This document shows positions 18,167 to 27,987 of a stretch of 64,000 nt of DNA, piece by piece (within the stretch, counting starts at the first letter, position 1; the number at the start of each line of letters is the position of its first letter). The translations under genes and the position numbers were made by a program. The DNA lies in assembly GCA_965223545.1 (NCBI GenBank), contig OZ245006.1, positions 6,496,001-6,560,000 of the forward strand. Direction: 5' to 3'. The notes under the pieces are model-generated. The model was not told the DNA's origin. It ran no database searches and saw nothing but the letters and a program-made list of their open reading frames with translations. Source of the stretch: Planctomycetota bacterium. GTDB lineage: Bacteria; Planctomycetota; UBA1135; UBA2386.

Positions 18167-19798
18167 ATGACGCTGAGACTCGTCGACGATCCGAAGGGCA
18201 AGGTCATCTTGTTCTTTCCGATCCTCTGGGACACGCAGTTCCCGCTGTGGCCGCCGTTGTGCTTGTACGCGATCGCGACCTCGCTGCTCCACGCCGGCTA
18301 TGAAGTCGTGCTGATCGACGAACGCGTCGATCCACAGCCGCGCGACAAGCTGCTGGCGGAACTGAGCGACGCCGTGTTCGTCGGCATCTCGGCAAAGGCC
18401 AACGGCCAGTGTCGCAACATGGACCAAGTCGCGCGGCTGGTGAAGCAGCACGCGCCGGAGATGCCAGTCGTGGTCGGTGGGTGGTTCGCGGGCTTGTATC
18501 CGCACCAGACCATCACCGTTCCCTACATCGACGTCGCGATCATCGGGCCGGGAGACGTCGCCGTCCCCGAAGTCGCCGACCGACTGCGAGAGGGGCGGTC
18601 GCTCGAAGGCATCGACAACGTCTTCTTCCGCGCCGGCGGCAAGGTGACGAAGAACCACATCGGGCACCTGCCGCCCATCGAAGAGACTCATCCCATCGAC
18701 TGGGAGCGGATCGGGATCCGGCGCTACATCCACCCGCACGGCTGGCTCAACTACTTCACCTCGAGGGGCTGCCCCGGCGGATGCACGTTCTGCGCCGTGT
18801 ATTGCCTCGACCCCCGCCGGTGGACGGCGCTGCCGGCCGATCGCGTCGTCGACGAAATCGAGGTCTTGACCCGGCGCATCGGGGCGGAGGCGCTGCACAT
18901 CATGGACACCGACTTCTGCGCGAACCTGAACCGGGTCGAGCAGATTTGTCGGGGGATCCTCGAACGCGGGATCAAGGTGCGCTTCAACATCCTCGGTCGC
19001 CACTACACGATCCGGAGAATGTCCGACGAGCAGCTGCGCCTGCTGCGGCTGGCCGGCTGCAACGAAGTCGAAGTCGGCCTCGAGACCGGGTCCCAGCGCC
19101 TTTCCGACGCGATCAACAAGCAATGCGACGTGGAGGAATTTCCGGCTACCGTGCGTCGCTTCGTGGCGGCCGGTATCCGCATGCGAATCAATGCCATGCT
19201 GGCGATTCCCAGCGAAACGCGAGAAGACCTCGCCGCCACGTTCCGCATCCTGCTCGGCCTGCGCGACCTCGGCAACCGGGCCATTCGCGTGCAGATGTTC
19301 CGGTTCACGCCGTTTCCCGACGTGCCCGCCGGCAAGGAAGTCCTCAAGATGACCCGCCGTGGCCACGTCGGCCGCGAGACGTTGACCTATGACGAGCTGC
19401 TGAACTTCCCCGTCGACAACGACGACACGTCGATGTTCTGGTTGTCCGAGCAGCACGAGTCGGACGTGCGACGGGCGTACGAGTTCTACGCGCCCCTCTT
19501 GTTCTACAAGAACTCCTTCGACACGGCGCGCGGCCGCCCGATTTGGCGCCGGGTCTTGCGGCTCTTCGAGCGCACTGCTGCCTGGCGCGTCGCCCGGGGC
19601 GACTACCGTTTGCCGGTGGAGCTCTGGCTCAATCGCTGGTTTGGCCGGCCCATGCCGCGCGGGGCAGACGAGGGGATCTCGCCCGCCGCGGACCAGCTGC
19701 CCGTGCCGCCCGAGATGGGGCAGACGCTCGACCTCTCTCCGCCGCTGCCGATCCCCGACCGGACGGGGACGGGACACCGGTCGGCGGTGGCGCCGTGA
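18167..19798 (+). CDS. Cobalamin-binding radical SAM enzyme
   Basis: N-terminal B12-binding-like domain (PPLCLYAIA...VVVGG); TSRGCPGGCTFC CxxxCxxC; GLETGS; RBS AAGGAGG. Confidence 0.88.
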   Translation: MTLRLVDDPKGKVILFFPILWDTQFPLWPPLCLYAIATSLLHAGYEVVLIDERVDPQPRDKLLAELSDAVFVGISAKANGQCRNMDQVARLVKQHAPEMPVVVGGWFAGLYPHQTITVPYIDVAIIGPGDVAVPEVADRLREGRSLEGIDNVFFRAGGKVTKNHIGHLPPIEETHPIDWERIGIRRYIHPHGWLNYFTSRGCPGGCTFCAVYCLDPRRWTALPADRVVDEIEVLTRRIGAEALHIMDTDFCANLNRVEQICRGILERGIKVRFNILGRHYTIRRMSDEQLRLLRLAGCNEVEVGLETGSQRLSDAINKQCDVEEFPATVRRFVAAGIRMRINAMLAIPSETREDLAATFRILLGLRDLGNRAIRVQMFRFTPFPDVPAGKEVLKMTRRGHVGRETLTYDELLNFPVDNDDTSMFWLSEQHESDVRRAYEFYAPLLFYKNSFDTARGRPIWRRVLRLFERTAAWRVARGDYRLPVELWLNRWFGRPMPRGADEGISPAADQLPVPPEMGQTLDLSPPLPIPDRTGTGHRSAVAP

Positions 19799-20367
19799 TC
19801 CATCGCGGTCTCGAAGACCTCGCGGTTGCGCGCCTCCTGCGCAGCAACTTCGAGGCAATCCAAGCCGAGATCGATGCGGTGCCCCGCGCGTGCTTCGAGC
19901 TGTGGCCGCAGCCGGAGTACGCAGGCAGCTGGCGAATGATGCCGCTGAAGTTCGATGACCGTCCCGATGGCTTTGTCCGCACGCCCGAGAGCAACCGGGA
20001 GGTCGTGCCCGTGACCTGGCGCCTGCTCGCGGTGGCGCCGGGCCTGATGCGGGCCGTGGTGTCCCTGTTGGGGCCGCAGACGCACGTTGCTCCGCACACC
20101 GGTGTGATGGACCCCCCGCCGTTCCGCATCCATTTCGCGCTGCGCGTCCCCGACGCGGCCGGCCTTCGCGTGTTGGAGGAGCGGCTGCGTCCGGTCCCCG
20201 GGGAACCGATCGGCTTCGACCCGCGCCTCGAGCACGAAGCTGCCAACATGTCGACGACCGAAGACCGCCTCATCCTGGTCGTTGACGTTCGACTGACCGG
20301 TGCGCTGGCTGCCAAGTACTTGACCGGTGGATCGGCCAAGGGCAATCCGTGGACGTCTCCATCCTGA
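19795..20367 (+). CDS. Aspartyl/asparaginyl beta-hydroxylase family 2OG-Fe(II) protein
   Basis: SLLGPQTHVAPHTG...RIHFAL...FD..LEHEAAN...DRLILVVDV; GTGA overlap with the upstream stop. Confidence 0.85.
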   Translation: MIHRGLEDLAVARLLRSNFEAIQAEIDAVPRACFELWPQPEYAGSWRMMPLKFDDRPDGFVRTPESNREVVPVTWRLLAVAPGLMRAVVSLLGPQTHVAPHTGVMDPPPFRIHFALRVPDAAGLRVLEERLRPVPGEPIGFDPRLEHEAANMSTTEDRLILVVDVRLTGALAAKYLTGGSAKGNPWTSPS

Positions 20368-21566
20368 TCGTCAACTACCGCACGTGGGGTCACTGCGCGG
20401 AGGCTCTCGAATCGATCGCGCTCCACCCGCCGGACGGCTCCCGCTCGCGGAACGCGGTGGAATCGCGGGCCGCCGGCAGTGCGGGGCTGCGCTACGAAGT
20501 CGTCGTCGTCGACAATGCGTCGCCACCGCCGCCGCCGCTGGTGCGAGCGCGCTTCGAGCGCGCGCTCGCATCGGTCGGCGGTCGCTTGATTCGAAGCGCG
20601 GAAAACATCGGTTATGCACGCGCGGCAAACCTGGCGTGCCGCGCGACGACGGGGCGGTGCGTCGTCGTGAGCAATGCTGACGTCATCTTTCAGAAGCGGA
20701 CGATCGGCGTGCTGGTCGACTACTTGCTTCGGCATCGCGACGCCGGAGCGGTGGGCCCGGAAGTGTTCTGGGATGACTCGCAGACCTGCCGCATGCCCGA
20801 CAACTTCTTGCCGGCAGCACGCCACCAGTTGTACGAGCTCGCGATGCGCGCAAGTCCCCGCCTGGAGCGCCGCTTTGCCCGGCGCACGTTGCGGCGCCAG
20901 CTGGCGCTCTGGCAGTCGCGGACGCCGACCGACGTCGACATGCTGACCGGGTGTTGTCTCGCGCTGCGGCGGGACGTGATCGATGCGATCGGGCTGTTCG
21001 ACGAGCAGTTTCCGTTGTTCCTCGAGGACGCGGACCTCGCGATGCGCCTGCGGCGCGAAGGATTGCGCAGCGTGGTCGTGAAGCCGTCGACCCTGGTCCA
21101 CAAGTTCAGCCGCTCGGTCGGGATGGACCCGGAAACAGCGATGGCGAAGTACTGGACCAGCTTGCGGCGCTATCACGCCAAGTGGCATGGCCGCCTCGGC
21201 ATCGCATCGGGACGGGTCTACCGGAGTCTGACCGAGCGTTGGCAGCGAGCGGGCTCCTCGACCGGCCCGCCGCCCTGGGTCGTGGACATCGAGTCCGCGG
21301 CCAAGCCGGTGCTGAACCTGCCGCGGCACTGCGCCAGCTACTGCGTGCAGGTCGCGGTCGAGCCGAGCTTTCAGGCCATGTCCGGCGTACTGGGTTCCGG
21401 CGACTCGTGGACTCCCGACGACTCCTTGTTCGCCCGGTTCGGCCAGCGCGCGTGGTTTCGTGTGTTCGATCTCTCCTCCGGATCGCCGACCGTACTCCGT
21501 GCATATCGCTTCACCCGCAGCGACAACGGGACCCGTGGTCTGGCGGCGTCGCAACCAAGGCGGTAG
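20349..21566 (+). CDS. Glycosyltransferase family 2
   Basis: VSILIVNY, VVVVDNAS, NIGYARAAN, NAD and GLFDEQFPLFLEDAD motifs. Confidence 0.9.
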   Translation: MDVSILIVNYRTWGHCAEALESIALHPPDGSRSRNAVESRAAGSAGLRYEVVVVDNASPPPPPLVRARFERALASVGGRLIRSAENIGYARAANLACRATTGRCVVVSNADVIFQKRTIGVLVDYLLRHRDAGAVGPEVFWDDSQTCRMPDNFLPAARHQLYELAMRASPRLERRFARRTLRRQLALWQSRTPTDVDMLTGCCLALRRDVIDAIGLFDEQFPLFLEDADLAMRLRREGLRSVVVKPSTLVHKFSRSVGMDPETAMAKYWTSLRRYHAKWHGRLGIASGRVYRSLTERWQRAGSSTGPPPWVVDIESAAKPVLNLPRHCASYCVQVAVEPSFQAMSGVLGSGDSWTPDDSLFARFGQRAWFRVFDLSSGSPTVLRAYRFTRSDNGTRGLAASQPRR

Positions 21567-21578
21567 GGCAGAGTCGGC

Positions 21579-24011
21579 ATGGGCGACCGCGTGATCACGG
21601 CGAGGGCGCGGGTGCGGGGATGGCACGCCCTCGCGGCGTCTGTGCTCGTCGCTCTCGCCGTGCTCTTCGTGCTGTGGGAAGCGCTGTTCTGCGACGCGTT
21701 ACTGCTCAGCTTCGACAACCGCCTCGTGCCTCCGTTTCGCGTCCACGTCGAGGCGGGAGAACCGGCGCGCCCGATGAACATGGTCACCGGTGACGTCAAT
21801 GCCTACTACGCGCCGGAGACCATGATCAGCGTCACTCGGCTGCGGGCGGGCGAGGTGCCGTTGTGGAACGAACACCAGCTCATGGGGCAGCCGCAGCTCG
21901 CCAGCATGGGCTTCGCGGTGTTCTATCCGACCTGTCCTCTGTTTCTGATCCTCGACCCCCTGCGCGCGTACGCGGTTTCGGTTGCGCTGCACCTCGTGCT
22001 TCTCGGCGTCGGTGTGTGGTGGCTCTGTCGGTCTCACAACCTGTCGTTCGCCGCCGCGCTGCTGGGTGCGTTGGGGGCCATGTTCTCCGCGTTCTCCGTT
22101 CTCCACGTCCACCTGCCCGGCTTCCTGTACGCGTTCGCGTGGTTGCCGTGGATCGTGCTCGCCGCCGAGAGGCTTGCCCGAGCACCGAGCCGCCGCGCGG
22201 TGGGCGTTCTCGCGTCGGTTCTCGCACTTTGCCTGCTCGCCGGCTGCCCGCAGATCGCGGCGATCTCGGCGTACGCGGCGGCCGTGGCGTTCTTGGTGGC
22301 GGCGCCGCGCGTGCACGCCGTTGCTGCGGCGCTGGTTGCCGGTGTGCTCGGCTGCGTTGCTGCCGCTGTCTTGCTGCTGCCGGGTCTCGAGCTCTACCAA
22401 GCATCGACCCGCGCGGTGTCCGAGCTCGCCGCTCTGCACTCGGCCGAATCGCTCGAGCCGCCCGCTCTGGTCGGATTCGTCCTGCCACATGCGTTCGGCC
22501 ATCCGGTGCAGGAGGTCAGCGTCGTGCATGCCGACGCCCGCAGGGTGGAGTCGTTCCCGTCGAATCGGTGGCTGTCGCCGGATGACGAGAACAACATGAT
22601 CGACAATGCGACGTACTTCGGCGTGATTCCGTTCGCGCTGGCGTTGCTCGCCCTGCCGCGTCGTCGCAACCTGGCATACACCGCGCTCTTCTCGGTCTCG
22701 TTGCTGGCGGCGCTGGGTGTACCGTGGCTGGCGGCCGGGATCGGCGTGCTGCCAGGAGTGGGGGTTGGCAGCCCCAAACGCGTGCTGTGCGTCACGGCAT
22801 TTGCGGGCGCGGTACTCGCCGCATCGACGCTGGATCGGCTGCAACGAGGTGGGGCGAACGGGCGTGCCCTGGCGATCCTCGGTGTCGGGTTTCTGTTGTT
22901 GTCGGGGATCGCGCTGTTTCCGTTCGAGCAGTGGCTGTTCAGCAGCCTTGCCGAGGACGAGCAGCGTTGGTTTCGCTCGACGCTGGTGGCGGACCTGACG
23001 CGTCTGGCCGCGGCAGGCGTCGTTCTGGTCGCCGCCTGGTGGCTGTGCCGCGCCAACCGCGGAGCCGTGGCCGTGGGCGTGCTGCTGATCGGCAGTGCCG
23101 CCGAGCTGACCAGCTATGCCCGTGCCACCAATCCGGCGCAGCGCCGGACGGGGCAGTACGACGCGACTTCCGCGATCGAGTGGATGCGGGCAAACGATGC
23201 GCGCTACGTGTCGTTCGATCTGACCGAGGCGCTGCCGGCGTGCGTTGTCCAGGTGTTCGGTCTGCGCTCGTGCAATGGCTACTACCCGCTGCTGGGGCGT
23301 GAGTCTTACGAGCTACTCGCGGCGCTCGAGCCGGGCTTGATCCGCAACGGCACGCGGGTCGTCGGTGCCGTGCGCGAGCTCGCCACGCTGTCGTCGCCGC
23401 TGTTGGACCTCTTCGGTGTGCGCTACGTCGCGACGAGCGTGAACGGACACAATCGGCTGCGGGCGGCCGGGTGGACGCCCAGCTATGTCGGGGAGCGAGA
23501 GCGACTCGCCATCTACGTGCGCCCGACCGCGTTGCAGCCCGCGTTCCTCGTTGCCCGCGTCTCGTCAATGAGCGATCGCGATGCGCGGCTGCGGCGGTTG
23601 TGTGCTCTCGACTTCGTGCCCGGTGAGGAAGCGCTCGTGGAGCAGCCGATCTCGCACCCGCGGTCCGGCCTCGTCCAAGGACCGGTGCACTACACGCGGG
23701 TCGGGCCCGAGCGCATCCTTCTCGATGTCGCGGTGGACGGCCCGGCCTTCGTCGTCGTATCGGAGACCTTTGCCCCCGGGTGGCAGGCGACAGTGGACGG
23801 CCAACCGGCGCCGCTGCTGCGCACGGATCACGCGTTGATGGGCGTGCCGCTACCTGCCGGAGCGCGCCGCGTCGAGATCTCCTACCGACCCGCGTCGTTC
23901 ACGCTGGGTGCGGTGTTGTCCGTCCTCGGGCTGCTCGCCTGCGCGTGGCTGTCGTGGTGGCGTCGCGACACCGTTCATCAGTCGCCGGGCGACAGCAGGT
24001 CGGTGAAGTAG
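21579..24011 (+). CDS. YfhO-family multi-TM membrane protein (GT-C-like)
   Basis: GEVPLWN...GQP, many TM helices, C-terminal VVSETFAPGWQATVDG...YRP. Confidence 0.85.
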   Translation: MGDRVITARARVRGWHALAASVLVALAVLFVLWEALFCDALLLSFDNRLVPPFRVHVEAGEPARPMNMVTGDVNAYYAPETMISVTRLRAGEVPLWNEHQLMGQPQLASMGFAVFYPTCPLFLILDPLRAYAVSVALHLVLLGVGVWWLCRSHNLSFAAALLGALGAMFSAFSVLHVHLPGFLYAFAWLPWIVLAAERLARAPSRRAVGVLASVLALCLLAGCPQIAAISAYAAAVAFLVAAPRVHAVAAALVAGVLGCVAAAVLLLPGLELYQASTRAVSELAALHSAESLEPPALVGFVLPHAFGHPVQEVSVVHADARRVESFPSNRWLSPDDENNMIDNATYFGVIPFALALLALPRRRNLAYTALFSVSLLAALGVPWLAAGIGVLPGVGVGSPKRVLCVTAFAGAVLAASTLDRLQRGGANGRALAILGVGFLLLSGIALFPFEQWLFSSLAEDEQRWFRSTLVADLTRLAAAGVVLVAAWWLCRANRGAVAVGVLLIGSAAELTSYARATNPAQRRTGQYDATSAIEWMRANDARYVSFDLTEALPACVVQVFGLRSCNGYYPLLGRESYELLAALEPGLIRNGTRVVGAVRELATLSSPLLDLFGVRYVATSVNGHNRLRAAGWTPSYVGERERLAIYVRPTALQPAFLVARVSSMSDRDARLRRLCALDFVPGEEALVEQPISHPRSGLVQGPVHYTRVGPERILLDVAVDGPAFVVVSETFAPGWQATVDGQPAPLLRTDHALMGVPLPAGARRVEISYRPASFTLGAVLSVLGLLACAWLSWWRRDTVHQSPGDSRSVK

Positions 24012-25090
24012 CCGACGAACAACGGCGTGCGGGCGTCGGGGCGGCAAACGTGCACGCTGGCATCCTCCGCGGATAGCAGCAGCAGGTGCGGTCCTTTGGC
24101 CGCGGGAGAAGTCGCGATGGCGAACGGAGTGCACGCCGCAGGAATCGCAGCGTCGATCCTACTGAGATGCGCGGCCTCGATCTGCGTGCGCTCGGAGCTG
24201 GGCAGCCGCGACCAGCAGAACACCAGGAGCGAAACCTCGACCTGCGCTTTGCCCAGCGGCAGCAGGCCGGCGGGGGCGCGAAACCGCGCGCCGTGCAGCT
24301 TGGCTACGATCGACTGCGCGTGGATCGCTTGTCGGCGGACGAAGTTGCGGTCGCCGGCGGTCGATGGCATCCAGCGGACGGAGGGCTGCAATCCGGTGTC
24401 GTCGCCGGTGTGCCGGCGGTCGAGCGCGTAGTAGTACACCGCGATGCTGTTTCGGCGGCGGTCGCGCGGGCAGCGCAAGGGCTGCGGGTGGCCGTGGAAA
24501 GACCGCGTTCCGGTTTCGAACAACACGGCGCGGTTGGCGACCGGGAGGATCCGTGCGCACGGCGCGCTTGCCTCGCTCCAGAACTCCAGATGGCCGCCGT
24601 ACTCCTCCCGCCAGTCGCGGTTGAGGAACAGGATGAAGTTCAACACCTGGTGTAGGCGGTGGGCGCTGTGGGGGTGGCGGTTGGTGTCGGTGTGGACCAT
24701 CAATCTGCCGTCGCGCCCCGTGCTGTGTAGACCGCACCCGTTGAAGGTGGGGTCGACGATGATGTGGTCGATGCCGGTCAACTTCTCGAGAAACGCGACA
24801 AACGTCGCCGAGACCAACTGACCGAGAAAGTGTCGTGTGAAAGGCCCGAGGTCCGTCTCCCGAGAACGCCCGAGCTTGTGCACGCTCGTGGGATGCGGCC
24901 CCCACTGCGTCCATCGCGCATCGTCCGCCGGCGGGAACTCCCCGATCAGTTGATCGAGAATGCTTGCCGGCACGAAGTCGTCGACCACGACATGGGGAAA
25001 GGGTGCAGCCGCACCAAACTCATCAGCGCGCGCGCTCGCGATCCCATCGAGCCGCAGCTCGTCGAAGTAGAACGCCGGAATCTGCCCCAT
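23978..25090 (-). CDS. 2OG-Fe(II) oxygenase
   Basis: PFPHVVVDDF, GLH...HTD, LFLNRDW...GGHLEFW, SFHG, RNSIAVYYY. Confidence 0.85.
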   Translation of the reverse strand: MGQIPAFYFDELRLDGIASARADEFGAAAPFPHVVVDDFVPASILDQLIGEFPPADDARWTQWGPHPTSVHKLGRSRETDLGPFTRHFLGQLVSATFVAFLEKLTGIDHIIVDPTFNGCGLHSTGRDGRLMVHTDTNRHPHSAHRLHQVLNFILFLNRDWREEYGGHLEFWSEASAPCARILPVANRAVLFETGTRSFHGHPQPLRCPRDRRRNSIAVYYYALDRRHTGDDTGLQPSVRWMPSTAGDRNFVRRQAIHAQSIVAKLHGARFRAPAGLLPLGKAQVEVSLLVFCWSRLPSSERTQIEAAHLSRIDAAIPAACTPFAIATSPAAKGPHLLLLSAEDASVHVCRPDARTPLFVGYFTDLLSPGD

Positions 25091-25118
25091 CGCACTCCAA
25101 TCCTACCGTCCGCGAGAA

Positions 25119-25148
25119 GTACCGAGTCAGACTCGATTTTCTCGCTTC
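25119..25148. repeat. REP-like palindrome type B, copy 2
   Basis: Identical to 17957-17986; extended stem GCGAGAA...TTCTCGC. Confidence 0.75.
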
Positions 25149-25184
25149 CCCGCCCCCCGCCCCACACTCCGCCGCCCGATCCGG

Positions 25185-26552
25185 CTATCGGATCAAATGC
25201 CAGCGCGTCTGCCGGCCACCGATATAGCGGACCTGCCGCCCGTCGAACCACGCATCCTGCTCGAGCTTGATCTGCACCCACTGGTCATCCCACTCCGGCA
25301 GCTGCACGCGCACGTTGCCTTCGATCGCGTAGCAGGTGTCGGCCCGAAGCTGCCAATCCCCGCGCACCGGAGTCGGGCCCTGGTTGTCCCACATGCCGAT
25401 GGTCGGGCCCGCAGCGTGGCCGTGGAAGCCGAGCGGGTGTGTGTAGACCGCGCACTCGATCCCCTCCCAAGCACACTCCGAGAGAGTCGTCGCCAAGATC
25501 TTGTTGCCGGTGCTCCCTTCGACGAACGCGCTGGTCAACACGTCCTGCCACCGGTTGCCCACCGCCATCGCCTGCGCGAGTCCCGGCGGCACGTCGGCTT
25601 CGTCCGGCCGCAGCACGTACGCCATCTCTTGCGTATCCGTGCACAACCGCAGATAGCGGATGCCGACGTCGGTGTGCAGCACATCGCCGCGTTGGATGAC
25701 GGTGTCTTGGATGCCGAAGATCGCGGTCTCCGGATCCGCAGCCGCACCCCGGCGCTGCACGTTGCAGTGGGGCTGGAACCACACCGGTAGGCCCAGATCG
25801 GTGAAGCGCTGGCGCAGCCACCACCTCACGTCCTCGGTGGTCGTCACGCCCGGCGTGATCACGTCGTTGGAGAACGCCTCGGCGATCACCCCGCGCGCGA
25901 GCTGCACGATCTGCGGGTAGATCTCGAGCTCGGTCGGCGACCGCGTTTCCAACCACCGGATGCAGAGCTCCTCGGCCGACACCAGCCGCTCCGACAGCGC
26001 ACCGAGCGCCGCGACCAACCGCGCTCGAAGGCCGCTGCTCAAGCCGTCGCCGAACGCCCAGTGCTCGCTCGTGTCGACACCGATCCGCTGCGGCGCGCGC
26101 GCCGCGACGAGCTGCCGCAGTTGCTCCCACTGGGCATCGCCGGTGCCGCCCTCCCACGCGCTCTCGTACAGATCTCCCAACCCGTAGCGGCTGACCGTCA
26201 GCCGTTCGACCCCTTCGTCCGGGCCGCGGTCGTAGAACAGCAGGATCGTGGTCCGCCGCGCCGCGAACACCGGCTCCGGCACGAGCGTCAGATACACCGG
26301 ATCTTCGTTGTACTCGCGGTTGATCACGAGCCACATGTCGAGGCCCGCCTCGCGCATCAGGCCCGGCAGCAGCAGGTCCAACCGTTCGCGGAGAATGCGG
26401 TTGGCCGCCGCGGCGCGCGCGCGCTCGTCCAGGATGGCAGGAGGGCGGGGCACCGCGTAGCCCTGGTCCCAAGGGACCTGCGCGGCCTGCGCGAGCGCTC
26501 CGGTCGAAGCGGTGAAGAACATGGCAACAAGCAGGGGCAGAACCGATCGCAT
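25185..26552 (-). CDS. Secreted M24-family (Xaa-Pro aminopeptidase-like) metallopeptidase
   Basis: GDVLHTDVG...TDTQEMAY, HPLGFHGH, YAIEGN, KLEQD metal ligands; signal peptide. Confidence 0.88.
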   Translation of the reverse strand: MRSVLPLLVAMFFTASTGALAQAAQVPWDQGYAVPRPPAILDERARAAAANRILRERLDLLLPGLMREAGLDMWLVINREYNEDPVYLTLVPEPVFAARRTTILLFYDRGPDEGVERLTVSRYGLGDLYESAWEGGTGDAQWEQLRQLVAARAPQRIGVDTSEHWAFGDGLSSGLRARLVAALGALSERLVSAEELCIRWLETRSPTELEIYPQIVQLARGVIAEAFSNDVITPGVTTTEDVRWWLRQRFTDLGLPVWFQPHCNVQRRGAAADPETAIFGIQDTVIQRGDVLHTDVGIRYLRLCTDTQEMAYVLRPDEADVPPGLAQAMAVGNRWQDVLTSAFVEGSTGNKILATTLSECAWEGIECAVYTHPLGFHGHAAGPTIGMWDNQGPTPVRGDWQLRADTCYAIEGNVRVQLPEWDDQWVQIKLEQDAWFDGRQVRYIGGRQTRWHLIR

Positions 26553-26574
26553 AGTCACCAACTTAGCCGTTCCG

Positions 26575-26609
26575 TGAACGTACGGAGCCAGGCTCCTGTT
26601 CATCACTTC
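26575..26609. repeat. REP-like palindrome type A, copy 2
   Basis: Near-identical to 16938-16972. Confidence 0.75.
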
Positions 26610-26754
26610 GCCGACGGCGAACGACGCACGCGGGTAGAATCACCGCGTGAGTTCCCGGCGTCCGAACGACGCTGGCGCAGTCCAGAATCTCGGTCGTGCT
26701 CTGTCATCCCCACTTAGCGCACCGCGGCGGCTTGTTTCGGCGCGTCGCTGCACT

Positions 26755-26850
26755 TGCGCCCGACCCGACTTTGTTCCATCGGATCGGCGGCCGCGCCGTG
26801 GTGGGGCGCATCGTCGACGGCCTCTACGATCGGATCCACGACGATCCAAG
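26755..26850 (+). pseudogene. Truncated-hemoglobin N-terminal fragment
   Basis: PTLFHRIGGRAVVGRIVDGLYDRIHDDP matches the start of a 2/2 globin; the frame ends shortly afterwards. Confidence 0.6.
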
Positions 26851-26852
26851 CG

Positions 26853-27659
26853 ATGGCGCCCTCGGCGCGGTTCTCCGATAACCGCGGAGTTGCCCCGGTC
26901 GTGGTGTTCGACGGTCAAGTGGCGCTGCCGGCTTCACCAGCACCGACTGGGGTGCCGGGGTGGACCTTGCCGACCGCTGCCGTCATCCCCTTCTCCACGG
27001 CGTTCGCGTACGCCGGCGGAGATTTGTGCATCGACATCGATGGCGTTCCGGTCTCTCCCCCCGCGGGCTTGAGATGGTGGGTCGACTACGATCACACCGC
27101 GCCCGTCGGCACGGTGTCGTATTTCGGTGCGGGCTGCGGTATCTCGGCCGGCCTCGTCGATCCGACAGTCACCGCGACCGCCTCCGGTCGGAACGCGGTG
27201 CCCGGCGGGTCGTGGCGCGCGCATTCGGTGGGCCGGGTCGGGGCGTTCGGCTCTCTGGCGGTGGGGCCAGCCCTCTTGTCGCCGATCGGTTTGGACGCGC
27301 TCGGGGCGCCGGGTTGCAGCTTGCTCGTGAATCCGGGGATCGTGGTGCCGGTGGGTGTCTACCCGAACTCCAGCGTTGGGCGGCCGATCGCTACCCTGCG
27401 CTACGACCTCGACGTTCCCGCGCAGGTGAGTCTGCTCGGTGGCCAGCTCTCGACGCAATGGGTGCGCGTCGAAGGGACCGCGCGCAGCAACCCCTTGGGG
27501 GTGACCACCTCGAATGCGGTTGACGTCACGCTGGCGTCGTCGCTGCCCGCAGGCGTAGCGTCGACCGTGTGGTCGGGGCCGGTCTCGACGGGGCCGCTGC
27601 CCGACCGGGGCGCAGTCAGCGTCGCGCGGGCTCCGGTACTGGCGTTGGTGGCGCAGTGA
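26853..27659 (+). pseudogene. 5'-truncated secreted protein retaining the shared C-terminal domain
   Basis: PFSTAFAYAGGDLCID...FGAGC...LGAPGCSLLV...NPLGVTTSNA. No signal peptide, and it abuts the globin fragment. Confidence 0.6.
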
Positions 27660-27987
27660 GGGAGTCCGGATAGCTGACGAGTCGGCGAACGACGCCGTCT
27701 CCGAGCCTGACACTCGAGCGGCGGCCGTCGCCGAACCAAAGAACCAGCCGTGCGTCGTGGCCACCGACCGCGCGTTGGCGCGAACGCCAACAGTGCCCCC
27801 GGCACGAGGCCTACCCACCAAGTTGCGTGCACGCCCCAGGCCAGTCTCAAGACGGTCGGAGATCGCGCTCTCGCCAACGCTTCGAGTTCGACCCATGTCC
27901 TTCTCGAAGTGGGTTGGCTGACGCGGCGTTGAGGTCGGAAAAGTGGAGGGCCCGTAACGCGAGCCACGGCGCGACGTCCGTGGAGTC

